64,000 nucleotides of DNA from an uncultured delta proteobacterium (GCA_963797235.1 CAWCOX010000004.1:462400-526399), one strand, 5' to 3'; positions 38,496 through 50,428 are shown, numbered from the stretch's first letter. Translations and numbers: made by a program. The notes: generated by a model from the sequence alone, not told the origin.

Positions 38496-38530
38496 GGGGA
38501 GGCGGAACTGGTTTCCGCCTCCCTTTTTTT
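38496..38530. terminator. Bidirectional terminator
   Basis: GGGGAGGCGGAA-CTG-GTTTCCGCCTCCC followed by T7. It sits between the convergent ferredoxin (+) and slyD (-) genes. Confidence 0.8.
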
Positions 38531-39039
38531 CAGGAACACTGCCCTTCCAAGTCGTCGCTGCAGGACTTGCACTGCTTCAGCGGCTCCAACTCCTCCGGCG
38601 TCGCGGGCCTCACCTCCATCACCTTCACGGCATAATGGAGGTCGTGCCCGGCCAGGGGATGATTCATATCCAGGGTGACGCAATTTTCTTTCACTTCCTT
38701 GATGGTCAAAGGATACTCCGGCTCAACGGGCAGGTTGGCCGGGATTACCCGCTGGCCCACTTTCAGTTCCTTGTCCGGCGGAAAGACCTTGCGGCTCCAC
38801 TCCCGGACGTTTTCCGGCTCGTAGAGGCCGAAGGCCTCGTCCGCCGGGATGACAAACTCCACCGCATCCTGAACCCTGAGCCCAATGAGGCGGCGCTCCA
38901 GCGCCGGCAGGAGTTCTTTGTAGCCCGCCACAAAGGTAAGCTGTTCCGGGGCCTCGGCCGTGCCTCGAAGCTGCTCGCCGGAATCCAGGCTCATGCGGTA
39001 TTCCAGGACGACATATTGGTCTGGCGCGATCACTGTCAT
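38530..39039 (-). CDS. slyD: FKBP-type peptidyl-prolyl isomerase (SlyD-like)
   Basis: ..VVLEYRMSLDSGE.., ..DMNHPLAGHDLHYAVKVMEVR.., Cys-containing tail. Confidence 0.8.
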   Translation of the reverse strand: MTVIAPDQYVVLEYRMSLDSGEQLRGTAEAPEQLTFVAGYKELLPALERRLIGLRVQDAVEFVIPADEAFGLYEPENVREWSRKVFPPDKELKVGQRVIPANLPVEPEYPLTIKEVKENCVTLDMNHPLAGHDLHYAVKVMEVRPATPEELEPLKQCKSCSDDLEGQCS

Positions 39040-39246
39040 ATAGTCCTATCCTTAAAATGATGATATAATTTATAAGATTTGGCTGGCGGCCGTGACGGCC
39101 GCCCCACCAAAAAAATATGCCTCTGGTGGGGCGGGCCTCCGTGCCCGCCTTTAGGTAAACCGGCAGTCGGCAGGTGCAAAGCACCAAACAACATGTTGAG
39201 AAATTATATCTGAACCGGTGGTTATTCGTAACCCTCTAATGACAAA

Positions 39247-39722
39247 ATGATTCGCAAGGCCCAAATTCAAGAAGTCCCGGAAATCTGCCGCATGTTGCAT
39301 GAGTTTACCATGAGGGTGGCATCCTGCCCCGGACCATGGCCGATCTTTACGGCCAGTTCGGGAATATTTTGTCTACCGCACCGACCAGTGGCCCCATCAT
39401 CGGAGTGGCCGCCCTGCATGTCTTCTGGGCCGGCCTGGGGGAGATTCGCTCGGTGGCCGTGGCGCCGGACTTTCGAGCGAGGCCGGGGTCATCGGCTCCC
39501 GCCTGGTTCAGAACTGTCTGGAGGAGGCCAAAGTTTTGGGCTGACAAAATTTTCCTCCTCACTCTGGCTCCCGATTTCTTCAAGACGCTTCGGCTTTCGA
39601 CTGGTTTCCCGGGAGGACCTCCTGCCCATCATCTGGAGCCGAGTGCGTCAATTGCGTCAAGTACCCCGATAACTGCAACGAAATCCCCATGCTCCTGGAG
39701 TTGGAAAACTTGAAATCCTAAT
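39247..39722 (+). CDS. GNAT N-acetyltransferase (short ArgA-like type), about 5 frame shifts
   Basis: Pieces of one protein are spread over three frames: MIRKAQIQEVPEICRMLHEFT / MADLYGQFGNIL..GVAALHVFWAGLGEIRSVAVAPDFR / GVIGSRLVQNCLEEAKVLG / ADKIFLLTLAPDFFK / GFRLVSREDL / ECVNCVKYPDNCNEIPMLLELENLKS*. Confidence 0.6.
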
Positions 39723-39806
39723 AACCGACTAAGCGTTCTTGCGCCTTGGCGAGAGCTATTTTTCTCACGCCAGGACGCAAGGCGCCAAGATTAAACTACT
39801 TAACCT

Positions 39807-42307
<2,501 letters not shown>

Positions 42308-42314
42308 AAAATCT

Positions 42315-42434
42315 CACCACCAAGTCACCAAGAGCACCAAGATTCACGAAGGATTGTTTCCTTGTGGTGGATAAATTCACCACAAAGATATAACTTTCTT
42401 GGTGTGTCTTGGTGCCCTTGGTGTCCTTGGTGGT
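42315..42434. repeat. CACCAAG-heptamer hairpin element, copy 2
   Basis: CACCACCAAGTCACCAAGAGCACCAAG ... CTTGGTGTGTCTTGGTGCCCTTGGTGTCCTTGGTGG. Directly 3' of secA. Confidence 0.8.
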
Positions 42435-42446
42435 TAATATTTAATT

Positions 42447-43064
42447 ATGGCAAAAATCGACCTTAAGCAAGAACTCAAGCCCCTCTACACCGCCTCCGCC
42501 GAAAAGGCCACCCTGGTGAGCGCCTGGCCCCTGAAGTACCTGATGTTCAACGGCTACGGCGACCCCGACACTAACCCGGACTTTCAAGCCGGGGTGGAGG
42601 CCCTCTATACCGCCTCCTATACCCTCAAGTTCAGCCTCCGGAAGGAATTGGACCTAGATTGGGTGGTGCCCCCCCTGGAGGGCCTCTGGTGGATGCTCCT
42701 GGATGACTTTGACCCGGACCGCCGGGACGACTGGCGCTGGACCCTGATGCTCCCCCAGCCGACCGAGGTCACCCGGGAATTGCTGGACCAGGCAGTGGCC
42801 GCGGCTAAGCAGAAAAAGTCCCTGCCGGCCCTGGAGAAACTGCGCCTGGAGATCTATGACGAAGGGCGGGCCGCCCAGATTCTTCACGTCGGTCCCTACT
42901 CCGAAGTCACGCCCACCATCGACCGGCTCCACACCTTTATTAAAGAGCAAGGCTTGCATCTCTGCGGCAAGCACCACGAAATCTATCTGAGTGATCCCCG
43001 GCGCACCGCCCCGGAGAAGCTTAAGACCATCCTCCGGCAGCCCGTCTCTACCGAAGCAGCCTGA
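42447..43064 (+). CDS. GyrI-like small-molecule-binding domain protein
   Basis: 205 aa. ..LKPLYTAS.. ..EGLWWM.. ..ILHVGPYSEV..HHEIYLSDPRRT.. is typical of the GyrI-like fold family. Confidence 0.7.
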   Translation: MAKIDLKQELKPLYTASAEKATLVSAWPLKYLMFNGYGDPDTNPDFQAGVEALYTASYTLKFSLRKELDLDWVVPPLEGLWWMLLDDFDPDRRDDWRWTLMLPQPTEVTRELLDQAVAAAKQKKSLPALEKLRLEIYDEGRAAQILHVGPYSEVTPTIDRLHTFIKEQGLHLCGKHHEIYLSDPRRTAPEKLKTILRQPVSTEAA

Positions 43065-43244
43065 CGGTAAATCAAGGCCGCCGGTCCGGCGGCCAAGGCT
43101 CCAAACCCCGGTTTCCATTACTGACATTTTGCACTGCCGATTTATTTATTATTTTCCAATAGTTACCATCACTTGCCTCCACTTTCCCGCAAAAAAGGCT
43201 ACCTTTGTTGCGCTTTTGGCATCCTTCGATTCCGGGTCATTCAT

Positions 43245-43372
43245 CCATTCTCTTCTGGAAATTTATCTCGTCCTGATTTAGGTTATTTTAAATGGCAAAC
43301 AACCGCTCCACCTCCGGGATGACTTCCCGCCAGCGGCACAAATGCGGTACAAGAGCGGTACCGGAATGCTGA
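43245..43372 (+). repeat. Partial third copy of the ~0.5-kb dispersed repeat
   Basis: TTCTGGAAATTTATCTC ... AACCGCT ... then GCGGCA, GCGGTA, GCGGTA at 43333, 43344 and 43355 (11-bp phasing), matching the 5' part of the copies at 520-1066 and 54873-55345. Confidence 0.65.
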
Positions 43373-43594
43373 TGAGGTGTTAAGTTTCCGGCTCGTTAGT
43401 GGCATAATTATAAAAATATCAGCAACTTTTGCTGATCAACTTGCGGCCGATCTTGACGTTCCGGAACAGGAATGGTCTAATTAAAGCCTTTTAAGGCGAT
43501 TTAGGGCGTTCTAAAATTACCTTAAAAGTTAGCTTCCCAACCTGGCTGCAAAAGAGTGTCATTCTGTGCTCCATTACTTATTAAGGACAAGCCC

Positions 43595-44776
43595 ATGATC
43601 ATTCCCGGATTTCGCTTTGCCGCCACCGCGGCCGGCCTCAAGAAGACCGGCGCCCTGGACCTGGCCCTGCTGGTGGCGGACACACCCGCCGCCGCGGCCG
43701 GGGTCTTCACCACCAACCGGGTCAAGGCCGCCCCGGTCGTGCTCTCCCGGGAGCGCCTGCGGGCCGGGAGCGCCCAGGCCATCCTGGTAAACGCCGGCAA
43801 CGCCAACGCCTGCACCGGCCCCGAAGGCCTGGAGGACGCCCGGGAAACTACCCTGGGCGTCGCCGAATTGCTGAAGATCCCGGAACGCCTGGTACTGCCC
43901 GCCTCCACCGGGGTCATCGGCCAACCTTTCCCGCTGGAGAAGATCACCCGGGCGCTGCCCAAACTGACGGCCCGCCTCAACCCCCAGGGCTTCCCGGAAG
44001 CCGCTGAGGCCATCCTGACCACCGATACCCGGCCCAAGACCTCTTTACTGCGCACCAGGATTGACGGCAAAGAAGTGACTCTGGCCGGTATGGCCAAGGG
44101 CGCCGGCATGATCCACCCGGACCTGGCCACCCTGCTGGTCTTCATCTTTACCGATGCTGCGGCCACCCCCCAGGTCCTGAAATCCCTGCTTCGCCGGGCC
44201 TTGCCGGTGAGCTTCAACCGCATCACCGTGGACGGCGACACCTCCACCAACGATACGATTTTGTTGCTGGCCGGCGGCCGGGCGGGCAATCCTCTGATCC
44301 AGGGGGAAGGCCTCGCCATGGCGGCCCTGGGGGAGATGCTCGACCAGGTGATGGGCGATCTGGCGTCCCAGGTGGTAGCCGATGGCGAAGGGGCCAGGCA
44401 CATGTTCCGGGTGGAGGTCCGGGGCGCGGTCACGGCCAATGAGGCCCTGAAGGCCGCCCGCACCGTGGCCCTCTCGCCCCTGGTGAAGACCGCCATGGCC
44501 GGCGAGGACGTCAACTGGGGCCGCATCATGGCGGCCCTGGGGCGCTCCGGGGCCCGCTTCGACCCCGAGCAGGTGGAGATCGCTTACGGCGACGTCCTGG
44601 TGGCGCAGCAAGGCCGCGGCCTCGGCCCCGAGGCCGAGGCCCGGGCCCAACAAGTCATCCAGGCCGGGGCCTTCAACCTGACCATCGACCTGAATAACGG
44701 CGACTTCACCGACTACTACGAGACCTGCGACTATACGGAAGATTACATCAAAATCAATGCCAGTTATCGGAGTTGA
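43595..44776 (+). CDS. argJ: Bifunctional ornithine acetyltransferase / N-acetylglutamate synthase
   Basis: ..GFRFAATAAGLKKTGALDLALLV.., ..GMIHPDLATLLVFIFTDA.. (autoproteolytic ATLL site), C-terminus ..INASYRS. Confidence 0.9.
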   Translation: MIIPGFRFAATAAGLKKTGALDLALLVADTPAAAAGVFTTNRVKAAPVVLSRERLRAGSAQAILVNAGNANACTGPEGLEDARETTLGVAELLKIPERLVLPASTGVIGQPFPLEKITRALPKLTARLNPQGFPEAAEAILTTDTRPKTSLLRTRIDGKEVTLAGMAKGAGMIHPDLATLLVFIFTDAAATPQVLKSLLRRALPVSFNRITVDGDTSTNDTILLLAGGRAGNPLIQGEGLAMAALGEMLDQVMGDLASQVVADGEGARHMFRVEVRGAVTANEALKAARTVALSPLVKTAMAGEDVNWGRIMAALGRSGARFDPEQVEIAYGDVLVAQQGRGLGPEAEARAQQVIQAGAFNLTIDLNNGDFTDYYETCDYTEDYIKINASYRS

Positions 44777-44809
44777 ACGCCGCGTCTAATAAAATCAAGG
44801 TAATAACTG

Positions 44810-45496
44810 ATGAGAAGGTATTTATATGTTCTTGCCATTATCCTCTTTACTTCCATCTATGCCTCGCCGGCCAGCGCCGTTAACGTCTTTAAGCGCTACG
44901 CCAAAGTAATTTGGATTGATCAACCCAGACAAACGGGAACCGCCTATGAAAAAGGACAAAAACTTTTTTCCTTTCCCCTGATGACTGGAGATGATGAAAC
45001 GCCGACTCCACCCGGAGCTTATGTGGTAAGAGTGAAGGATGCCAATTATTATTCCCGCCATTTCAAGCAACCTATGCCTTACTCGATATTCTTCGATTAC
45101 AAAGCCAAGAGAGCCATTCACGAAGGAGAAGTCGCTGACCCTGAGCATCTGGCGAAATGGGCTTCCCACGGCTGCATCCACGTTGAAGAACCCTACATCA
45201 AAAGATTGTTTGATTGGACCGAGGTAAACAAAACCCTGGTGGTGGTGCGCGGCAAAAGAGACTGGGCCCTGGAAGAGCAGATCGGCGAAGTTGACGAGGG
45301 CATCCAGGATAACCAAGAGGATCAAGATAACCAGGATCAAGATAATCAAGAGAACCAAGGCAATCAAGAGAATCAAAGGTACCAGGAGGACCGGGAGAAT
45401 AATGAGGACCAAGGGAATCAAGGGCGTCAAAAGGACCAAGAGAGCGAGGACGAAGAATCACCCGGGCCGGATACCCCCGGCCAGCAATCGGAATAA
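44810..45496 (+). CDS. L,D-transpeptidase (YkuD) domain protein with a D/E/Q/N-rich tail
   Basis: Signal peptide. ..RAIHEGEVAD..WASHGCIHVEEPYIKRLFDW.. (catalytic His/Cys). C-terminal ~70-aa low-complexity QDNQEDQDNQDQDNQENQGNQENQ... Confidence 0.8.
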   Translation: MRRYLYVLAIILFTSIYASPASAVNVFKRYAKVIWIDQPRQTGTAYEKGQKLFSFPLMTGDDETPTPPGAYVVRVKDANYYSRHFKQPMPYSIFFDYKAKRAIHEGEVADPEHLAKWASHGCIHVEEPYIKRLFDWTEVNKTLVVVRGKRDWALEEQIGEVDEGIQDNQEDQDNQDQDNQENQGNQENQRYQEDRENNEDQGNQGRQKDQESEDEESPGPDTPGQQSE

Positions 45497-45543
45497 CTGG
45501 TCCCGGTCATAGAGGCATTCAGAAAATCGTGGCAGTCCGGCTA

Positions 45544-46083
45544 ATGAAAACCTGGCTCTATCTCCTGATCATCGCCCTGGCGGCTCCGCTTTTTCCTGCG
45601 GCTGCCGGGGCCGGTGCCTTGCAGAAGCATGACAAGGTAATCTGGATCGACCAGGAAAACCAGAAGGGCGCGGCCTACGGGCGAGGCCGCAAGCTCTTGG
45701 AATTCCCCATACTTTCCGGCGATGATGAAACCCCGACGCCGCCGGGAACTTATGTGGTCAAGCTCAAGGATAAAACTTATTATTCGCGCAAATATGCCCA
45801 GCCGATGCCTTACTCCCTTTTTTTTGATTTAAAAGGCATGAGAGCCATTCACGAAGGGGATTTGCCTGACCCCGGTGAAATATCGGCCTGGGCGACTCAC
45901 GGTTGTATCCATGTGGAAGAACCTTACATGAAATGGCTGTATGATTGGGCCGAGCCCGGGAAAACGGTCGTGGTAATTCAAGGACGGCGAGTAGGGGGAG
46001 ACGAAGAGAACAGCGCCTTAGAGGAGAAACGAGACCGAGGAGAGAACGGGGAAATCAGGGGAGAAGACGACACCGAGGATTGA
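45544..46083 (+). CDS. L,D-transpeptidase (YkuD) domain protein, tandem paralogue
   Basis: Same core (..RAIHEGDLPD..WATHGCIHVEEPYMKWLYDW..) with a shorter acidic tail. Confidence 0.8.
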   Translation: MKTWLYLLIIALAAPLFPAAAGAGALQKHDKVIWIDQENQKGAAYGRGRKLLEFPILSGDDETPTPPGTYVVKLKDKTYYSRKYAQPMPYSLFFDLKGMRAIHEGDLPDPGEISAWATHGCIHVEEPYMKWLYDWAEPGKTVVVIQGRRVGGDEENSALEEKRDRGENGEIRGEDDTED

Positions 46084-46198
46084 ATAAATCTCATTACCGG
46101 CTGTGTACAACACCTCGGGACTGCAAACGCGTCTTTCCAACATTGAGAGAAAAAATATTTGAATAGCTCGGAAAAAGGGTGCAGCAGGATCGCCCTTT

Positions 46199-46330
46199 TT
46201 AATAGGCAATGAAAGTAACGTAATAAATTGAAAGCATGCAGACTAAAACAACACTAACAGCTGCAAGTCCGAGAAGAATTCCTTTCAGTATCTTCCTCTT
46301 TCTTATAAGATCTTCTAGTATATTTTGCAT
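46199..46330 (-). CDS. Hypothetical 43-aa single-TM peptide
   Basis: MQNILEDLIRKRKILKGILLGLAAVSVVLVCMLSIYYVTFIAY, in an AT-rich islet. It ends at a bidirectional hairpin (46171-46200). Confidence 0.3.
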   Translation of the reverse strand: MQNILEDLIRKRKILKGILLGLAAVSVVLVCMLSIYYVTFIAY

Positions 46331-46365
46331 ATTAACCCTAATTTAATTTATTCGCAAATAAATCC

Positions 46366-46524
46366 TTAGTAATTCATCTCTATTTTTACCATGTCAGCAT
46401 ATTCTCTATAGAGACTCCCACGTCTTTTATGGCCATTAGCCTCCTCCTCTTGTGCCCGGCAAAGCAGCCATTCATAAAATTCGCGCAGTTCATTCTCGCT
46501 TCTCACCAATACCGCACTAACCAT
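46366..46524 (-). CDS. Hypothetical 52-aa protein
   Basis: MVSAVLVRSENELREFYEWLLCRAQEEEANGHKRRGSLYREYADMVKIEMNY. Strong AGAGGAGGG RBS 6 nt upstream of the ATG. Confidence 0.35.
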   Translation of the reverse strand: MVSAVLVRSENELREFYEWLLCRAQEEEANGHKRRGSLYREYADMVKIEMNY

Positions 46525-46697
46525 CAGAGGCCCTCCTCTTTGATCGGCTGATTATTGTACTGCCTTGATTGCTTTCATCTTATGCTTGCCACGATGTTGG
46601 TTAAATGTAAATTCCACTGAGAAAATTATCAATCAGGAAATTCCTGAATTTGTTATGGGTAATATTACCTATAGACTCTATTCGAAAAGCCCGCTCC

Positions 46698-49424
46698 CTA
46701 TGCCGTCCGCGCTCGCCGCCGCAGCCACCATTTGGCCGCTTCCACCACCGGCAGGATGAGAAGCCCCAGGACCGCGGCAATGAGCCAGTCCTGCCAGCCC
46801 AGCGGCGTGGTGTGGAATAGGCGGGCCAGCGGCTCCCATTCGATCACCGCCACCATCATCGCCAGAGAGAGCACCAGGGACATAACGAGGAAGCGGTTTT
46901 GAAAGAGCCCCACCTTAAAGGCCGAGAGGTAATCGGAGCGACAGTTGAAGGCGTTCACCAGTTCGACCAGGACCAAAGTGATAAACACCATGGTCTGGGC
47001 TCGGATCAGGACCTGGTCCGGGTCTCCCAGGCCCCAGGGGTTCCAATAGAGGTAGTAAATGAACAAGGGAATGAGGATGCCGGTGAGGTAAAGGGCGATC
47101 ACCCCGCACAGGGTGTTCACCGTCCGGCTGAAGACCCCCTCCCGGGCCGGCCGGGGCGGGCGCCGCATGATGTCCGGCGCCTTGGGGTCCACGCCCAGGG
47201 CCAGGGCCGGCAGGCCGTCGGTGGTGAGGTTGACCCAGAGGATCTGCAGGGCAATGAGCGGCAAAGGCAGGCCCAGGAAGAAGGACCCGGTGAGCACCAG
47301 GATCTCGGCGATGTTGCAGCTCAGCAGGTAGATCAGGTACTTTTTGATGTTATCGAAGATGGCCCGGCCTTCCTCCACCGCGGCCACCAGGCTGGCGAAG
47401 TTGTCGTCCGCCAGGATCATGGCCGCGGTCTCCTTGGTGACTTCGGTGCCGGTGAGGCCCATGGCCACCCCGATGTCGGCCCGCTTCAGGGCCGGGGCGT
47501 CGTTGACCCCATCGCCGGTCATGGCCACGACCTCGCCCTGGCTCTTGAGCAGGTCCACCAGCCGCAGCTTGTGATCCGGGGCCACCCGGGCGAAGACCCG
47601 GGTCTCCTTCAGGGCCTCCAGCAGCGCCTCATCGCCCAGTTGGTTCAATTCCAGCCCGGTTAGGACCACGTGCCTTTTTTGGTGAGGAGGCACCAGCCCC
47701 ACCTCCCGGGCGATGGCCGCGGCGGTGTCCGGATGGTCGCCGGTGACCATGATGACCCGGATGCCGGCCCGATGGCAACGGCCCACGGCCTCCCGGGCCT
47801 CGGGCCGGGGCGGGTCCATCAACCCCACCAATCCCACCCAGACCAGGTCCACTGCCGCAGCTTCATGGGTTAATTGGGGAAGCTTTTTCACCCGGCGGTA
47901 CGCCAGACCCAGGACCCGGAGGGCCCCATGGGCCATCATAGCCCCCTCGGCCATGATCTGCCGCCGGTCATCACCAGTGAGCGGCCTCTCCCCGCCGGCG
48001 GTCAAGACCCTGGCGGCGTGGTGCAGCAGACTCTCCGGGGCCCCCTTGAGGCACATGATAAACCCGCCTGTACCCTCGTGGAAGGTGCTCATCCGCTTGG
48101 TTTCCGAAGAGAAGGGAATCTCTGCCAGGCGGGGGAACAGGTCCAATTCCTCGACATTCAACCCGGCCTTCCGGGCCAGCACCAGCAGTGCCCCTTCGGT
48201 GGGGTCGCCCCGCACCGTCCAGAGACCGTCAGTCTCCTCCAGGGCCGCGTCGTTGCAGAGCAGGGAGATGCGGGCCGCCATGGACAGGACCTGGTCCTTC
48301 GCCGGCGCCAACTCCTGCCGGCCGACCAGGAATTGACCCAGGGGTTCATAGCCCGAGCCGGTTACCTCGATCTCCCGGCCATCCAGAAAAAGTTTACGGG
48401 CCGTCATCTCGTTTCTGGTGAGGGTGCCGGTCTTGTCGGTGCAGATCACCGTGGTGCAGCCCATGGTCTCCACCGCCGGCAGGCGCTTGACGATGGCGTG
48501 GCGCCGGGCCATGCGGGTGGTGCCGATGGCCAGGGAGCCGGTTACTACCGCCGGCAGGGACTCCGGCACCGCGGCCACCGCCAGGCTGATGCCCCAAATG
48601 AGCATTTCTAGCCAGCCGTGGCCCCGGAGCACGCCCAGGACGGTGGCCCCGGCGGCCACCGCCAGACAGATGATGCTCAAGATCCGGCCAATGGAGACCA
48701 TGCGCTTTTCCAGCGGCGTGGCTTCCTCTTCGACCTCCGTCAACAGGCCAGCAATCCGGCCGAACTGGCTCTCCATGCCGGTGGCGGTAACCACTGCCCG
48801 GCCCCGGCCGTAAGTGATCACCGTGCCCCCGAAGACCATGCAGCCTTGGTCGGCCACTGCGGTCTCCGACGCGGCCACGGCGGCCAGAGCTTTATCCACC
48901 GCGGTGGACTCGCCGGTGAGCAGCGCCTCATCCGCTTTCAGATTGACCACTTCCAGGAGGCGGGCGTCCGCGGCCACCCGGTCCCCGGAATGGAGCACCA
49001 GCAGATCACCGGGCACCACCTCGCTGGCGGGCACCACCTGTTCTTTGCCCTCCCGCACCACCGTGGCCTCCGGGGCCGCCAATTTCTTGAGGGCCGCGGC
49101 CGCTTTCTCGGCCCGGTACTCCTGGATAAATCCCAAAACCACGCAGGCCAGGACAATGGCCAGGATGACCCAGGCATCCAGGCTTTCGCCCATCAGGAAA
49201 GAGACGGCCGTGGCTGCAATCAGGATGGCGATCAGGAGATTTTGGAATTGCCGCCAGAGAATCAGCCAGGGGGAAATCTGCCTCGCCGCCACCAGGACGT
49301 TAGGGCCATAAAGACTGAAGCGCTCCCGGGCTTCGTTGTGGCTCAAGCCCTCGAGCCCGGTTCCCAGCAATTCCAAAACCTGCACGGGGCTCAGGGTGTG
49401 CATCGGAGTGACTTCTGTTCCCAT
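46698..49424 (-). CDS. P-type cation-transporting ATPase (P2 / Ca2+- or Mg2+-type)
   Basis: ..ICTDKTGTLT.., ..MVTGDHPDTA.., ..VAMTGDGVNDAPALKRADIG.., 10 TM pattern. The start is ambiguous (49424 or 49403). Confidence 0.9.
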   Translation of the reverse strand: MGTEVTPMHTLSPVQVLELLGTGLEGLSHNEARERFSLYGPNVLVAARQISPWLILWRQFQNLLIAILIAATAVSFLMGESLDAWVILAIVLACVVLGFIQEYRAEKAAAALKKLAAPEATVVREGKEQVVPASEVVPGDLLVLHSGDRVAADARLLEVVNLKADEALLTGESTAVDKALAAVAASETAVADQGCMVFGGTVITYGRGRAVVTATGMESQFGRIAGLLTEVEEEATPLEKRMVSIGRILSIICLAVAAGATVLGVLRGHGWLEMLIWGISLAVAAVPESLPAVVTGSLAIGTTRMARRHAIVKRLPAVETMGCTTVICTDKTGTLTRNEMTARKLFLDGREIEVTGSGYEPLGQFLVGRQELAPAKDQVLSMAARISLLCNDAALEETDGLWTVRGDPTEGALLVLARKAGLNVEELDLFPRLAEIPFSSETKRMSTFHEGTGGFIMCLKGAPESLLHHAARVLTAGGERPLTGDDRRQIMAEGAMMAHGALRVLGLAYRRVKKLPQLTHEAAAVDLVWVGLVGLMDPPRPEAREAVGRCHRAGIRVIMVTGDHPDTAAAIAREVGLVPPHQKRHVVLTGLELNQLGDEALLEALKETRVFARVAPDHKLRLVDLLKSQGEVVAMTGDGVNDAPALKRADIGVAMGLTGTEVTKETAAMILADDNFASLVAAVEEGRAIFDNIKKYLIYLLSCNIAEILVLTGSFFLGLPLPLIALQILWVNLTTDGLPALALGVDPKAPDIMRRPPRPAREGVFSRTVNTLCGVIALYLTGILIPLFIYYLYWNPWGLGDPDQVLIRAQTMVFITLVLVELVNAFNCRSDYLSAFKVGLFQNRFLVMSLVLSLAMMVAVIEWEPLARLFHTTPLGWQDWLIAAVLGLLILPVVEAAKWWLRRRARTA

Positions 49425-49480
49425 AGCCGCTATTTTATCCCCTAAACCCGTGATCCTCAAAAGGAAAAGGCTAAAAGCGC

Positions 49481-49519
49481 TTGCATCAATTTTAGATAGT
49501 TCTTAATATTTTACTATCT
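49481..49519 (+). promoter_or_regulatory. Sigma-70 promoter candidate with an overlapping palindromic operator
   Basis: TTGCAT (49481-49486), 17 nt, TAATAT (49504-49509). The inverted repeat AGATAGT (49494-49500) / ACTATCT (49513-49519) brackets the -10. It lies 46 nt upstream of the DUF169 gene. Confidence 0.5.
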
Positions 49520-49564
49520 CGACATTTTTTCCGGGACTACCGACTCACCAACCAAGGAAAAATC

Positions 49565-50353
49565 ATGGATTATAAAGCTGCCGCCACCCAATTGAAAGAA
49601 GCTCTGCGCCTCAAGACCGAACCCTTCGGGGTCGCTTTTCTGAAAGACGCCTCCTCCCTACCCGAGAAGACCCGCCGGCCGTCCCAGGTCTTCGGCAAAC
49701 GCGTCACCATCTGCCAGGGCGTTACCATGGCCCGGATTTACGGCTGGCCGGTGGGCCTGACCAAAGACGACCTGATTTGCATCCCCGGCATGCTGGCCTT
49801 TGGCTTCACGCCGGCCACCGACCCCATCCTGGAGTTGGGCCAGCTTTTTTGTGAGGTGGGATTCCACCAAGACTTGGGGCCGGCTCTCAAGGAGGTGGAG
49901 GGTCTGCCCCACTTCGAACCCCAGGAGGTGGGCGCCATCTACCTCTGCCCCCTGGAGCGCCTGGCCTTGCAGCCTGATGTCGTGGTGGTCTACGGCAACC
50001 CGGCCCAGCTCACGCGCCTCATCCAGGCGGCTGCCTTCATCCTGGGAGAGCGGGTCAAAGGCGAATTCGGCGGCAAGGTGGAGTGCGCCTCCTATCTCAT
50101 CGGCCCTTACCGCCACGGCGAATTCACCGTGGCCATCCCCGGTCAGGGCGACCGGATCTTCTCCATGACCCAAGACGACGAGCTGGTGCTGTCGTTCCCG
50201 CTTAAGTATCTGGAGGGACTGCTCATCGGTTTGAAGGAGGCGGCCCGCAAAATCGGGGCTCGCTACCCCATCACGGTGTATCAGAATTTCAGCCCGACCT
50301 TTCCCCCCGTCTACCTGGAGCGGGCCAAGAAATGGGGGATCATCGAAGAATGA
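49565..50353 (+). CDS. DUF169 domain protein
   Basis: 262 aa. ..EPFGVAFLKD.. ..TICQGVTMARIYGW.. is typical of DUF169. Confidence 0.7.
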   Translation: MDYKAAATQLKEALRLKTEPFGVAFLKDASSLPEKTRRPSQVFGKRVTICQGVTMARIYGWPVGLTKDDLICIPGMLAFGFTPATDPILELGQLFCEVGFHQDLGPALKEVEGLPHFEPQEVGAIYLCPLERLALQPDVVVVYGNPAQLTRLIQAAAFILGERVKGEFGGKVECASYLIGPYRHGEFTVAIPGQGDRIFSMTQDDELVLSFPLKYLEGLLIGLKEAARKIGARYPITVYQNFSPTFPPVYLERAKKWGIIEE

Positions 50354-50428
50354 GTGGCAGGGCGGCTCGCGAGCCGCCCCTACGGATGATTGCTGTTCTT
50401 ATTTTGGAATTGAAGGCAGAACGCTCTT

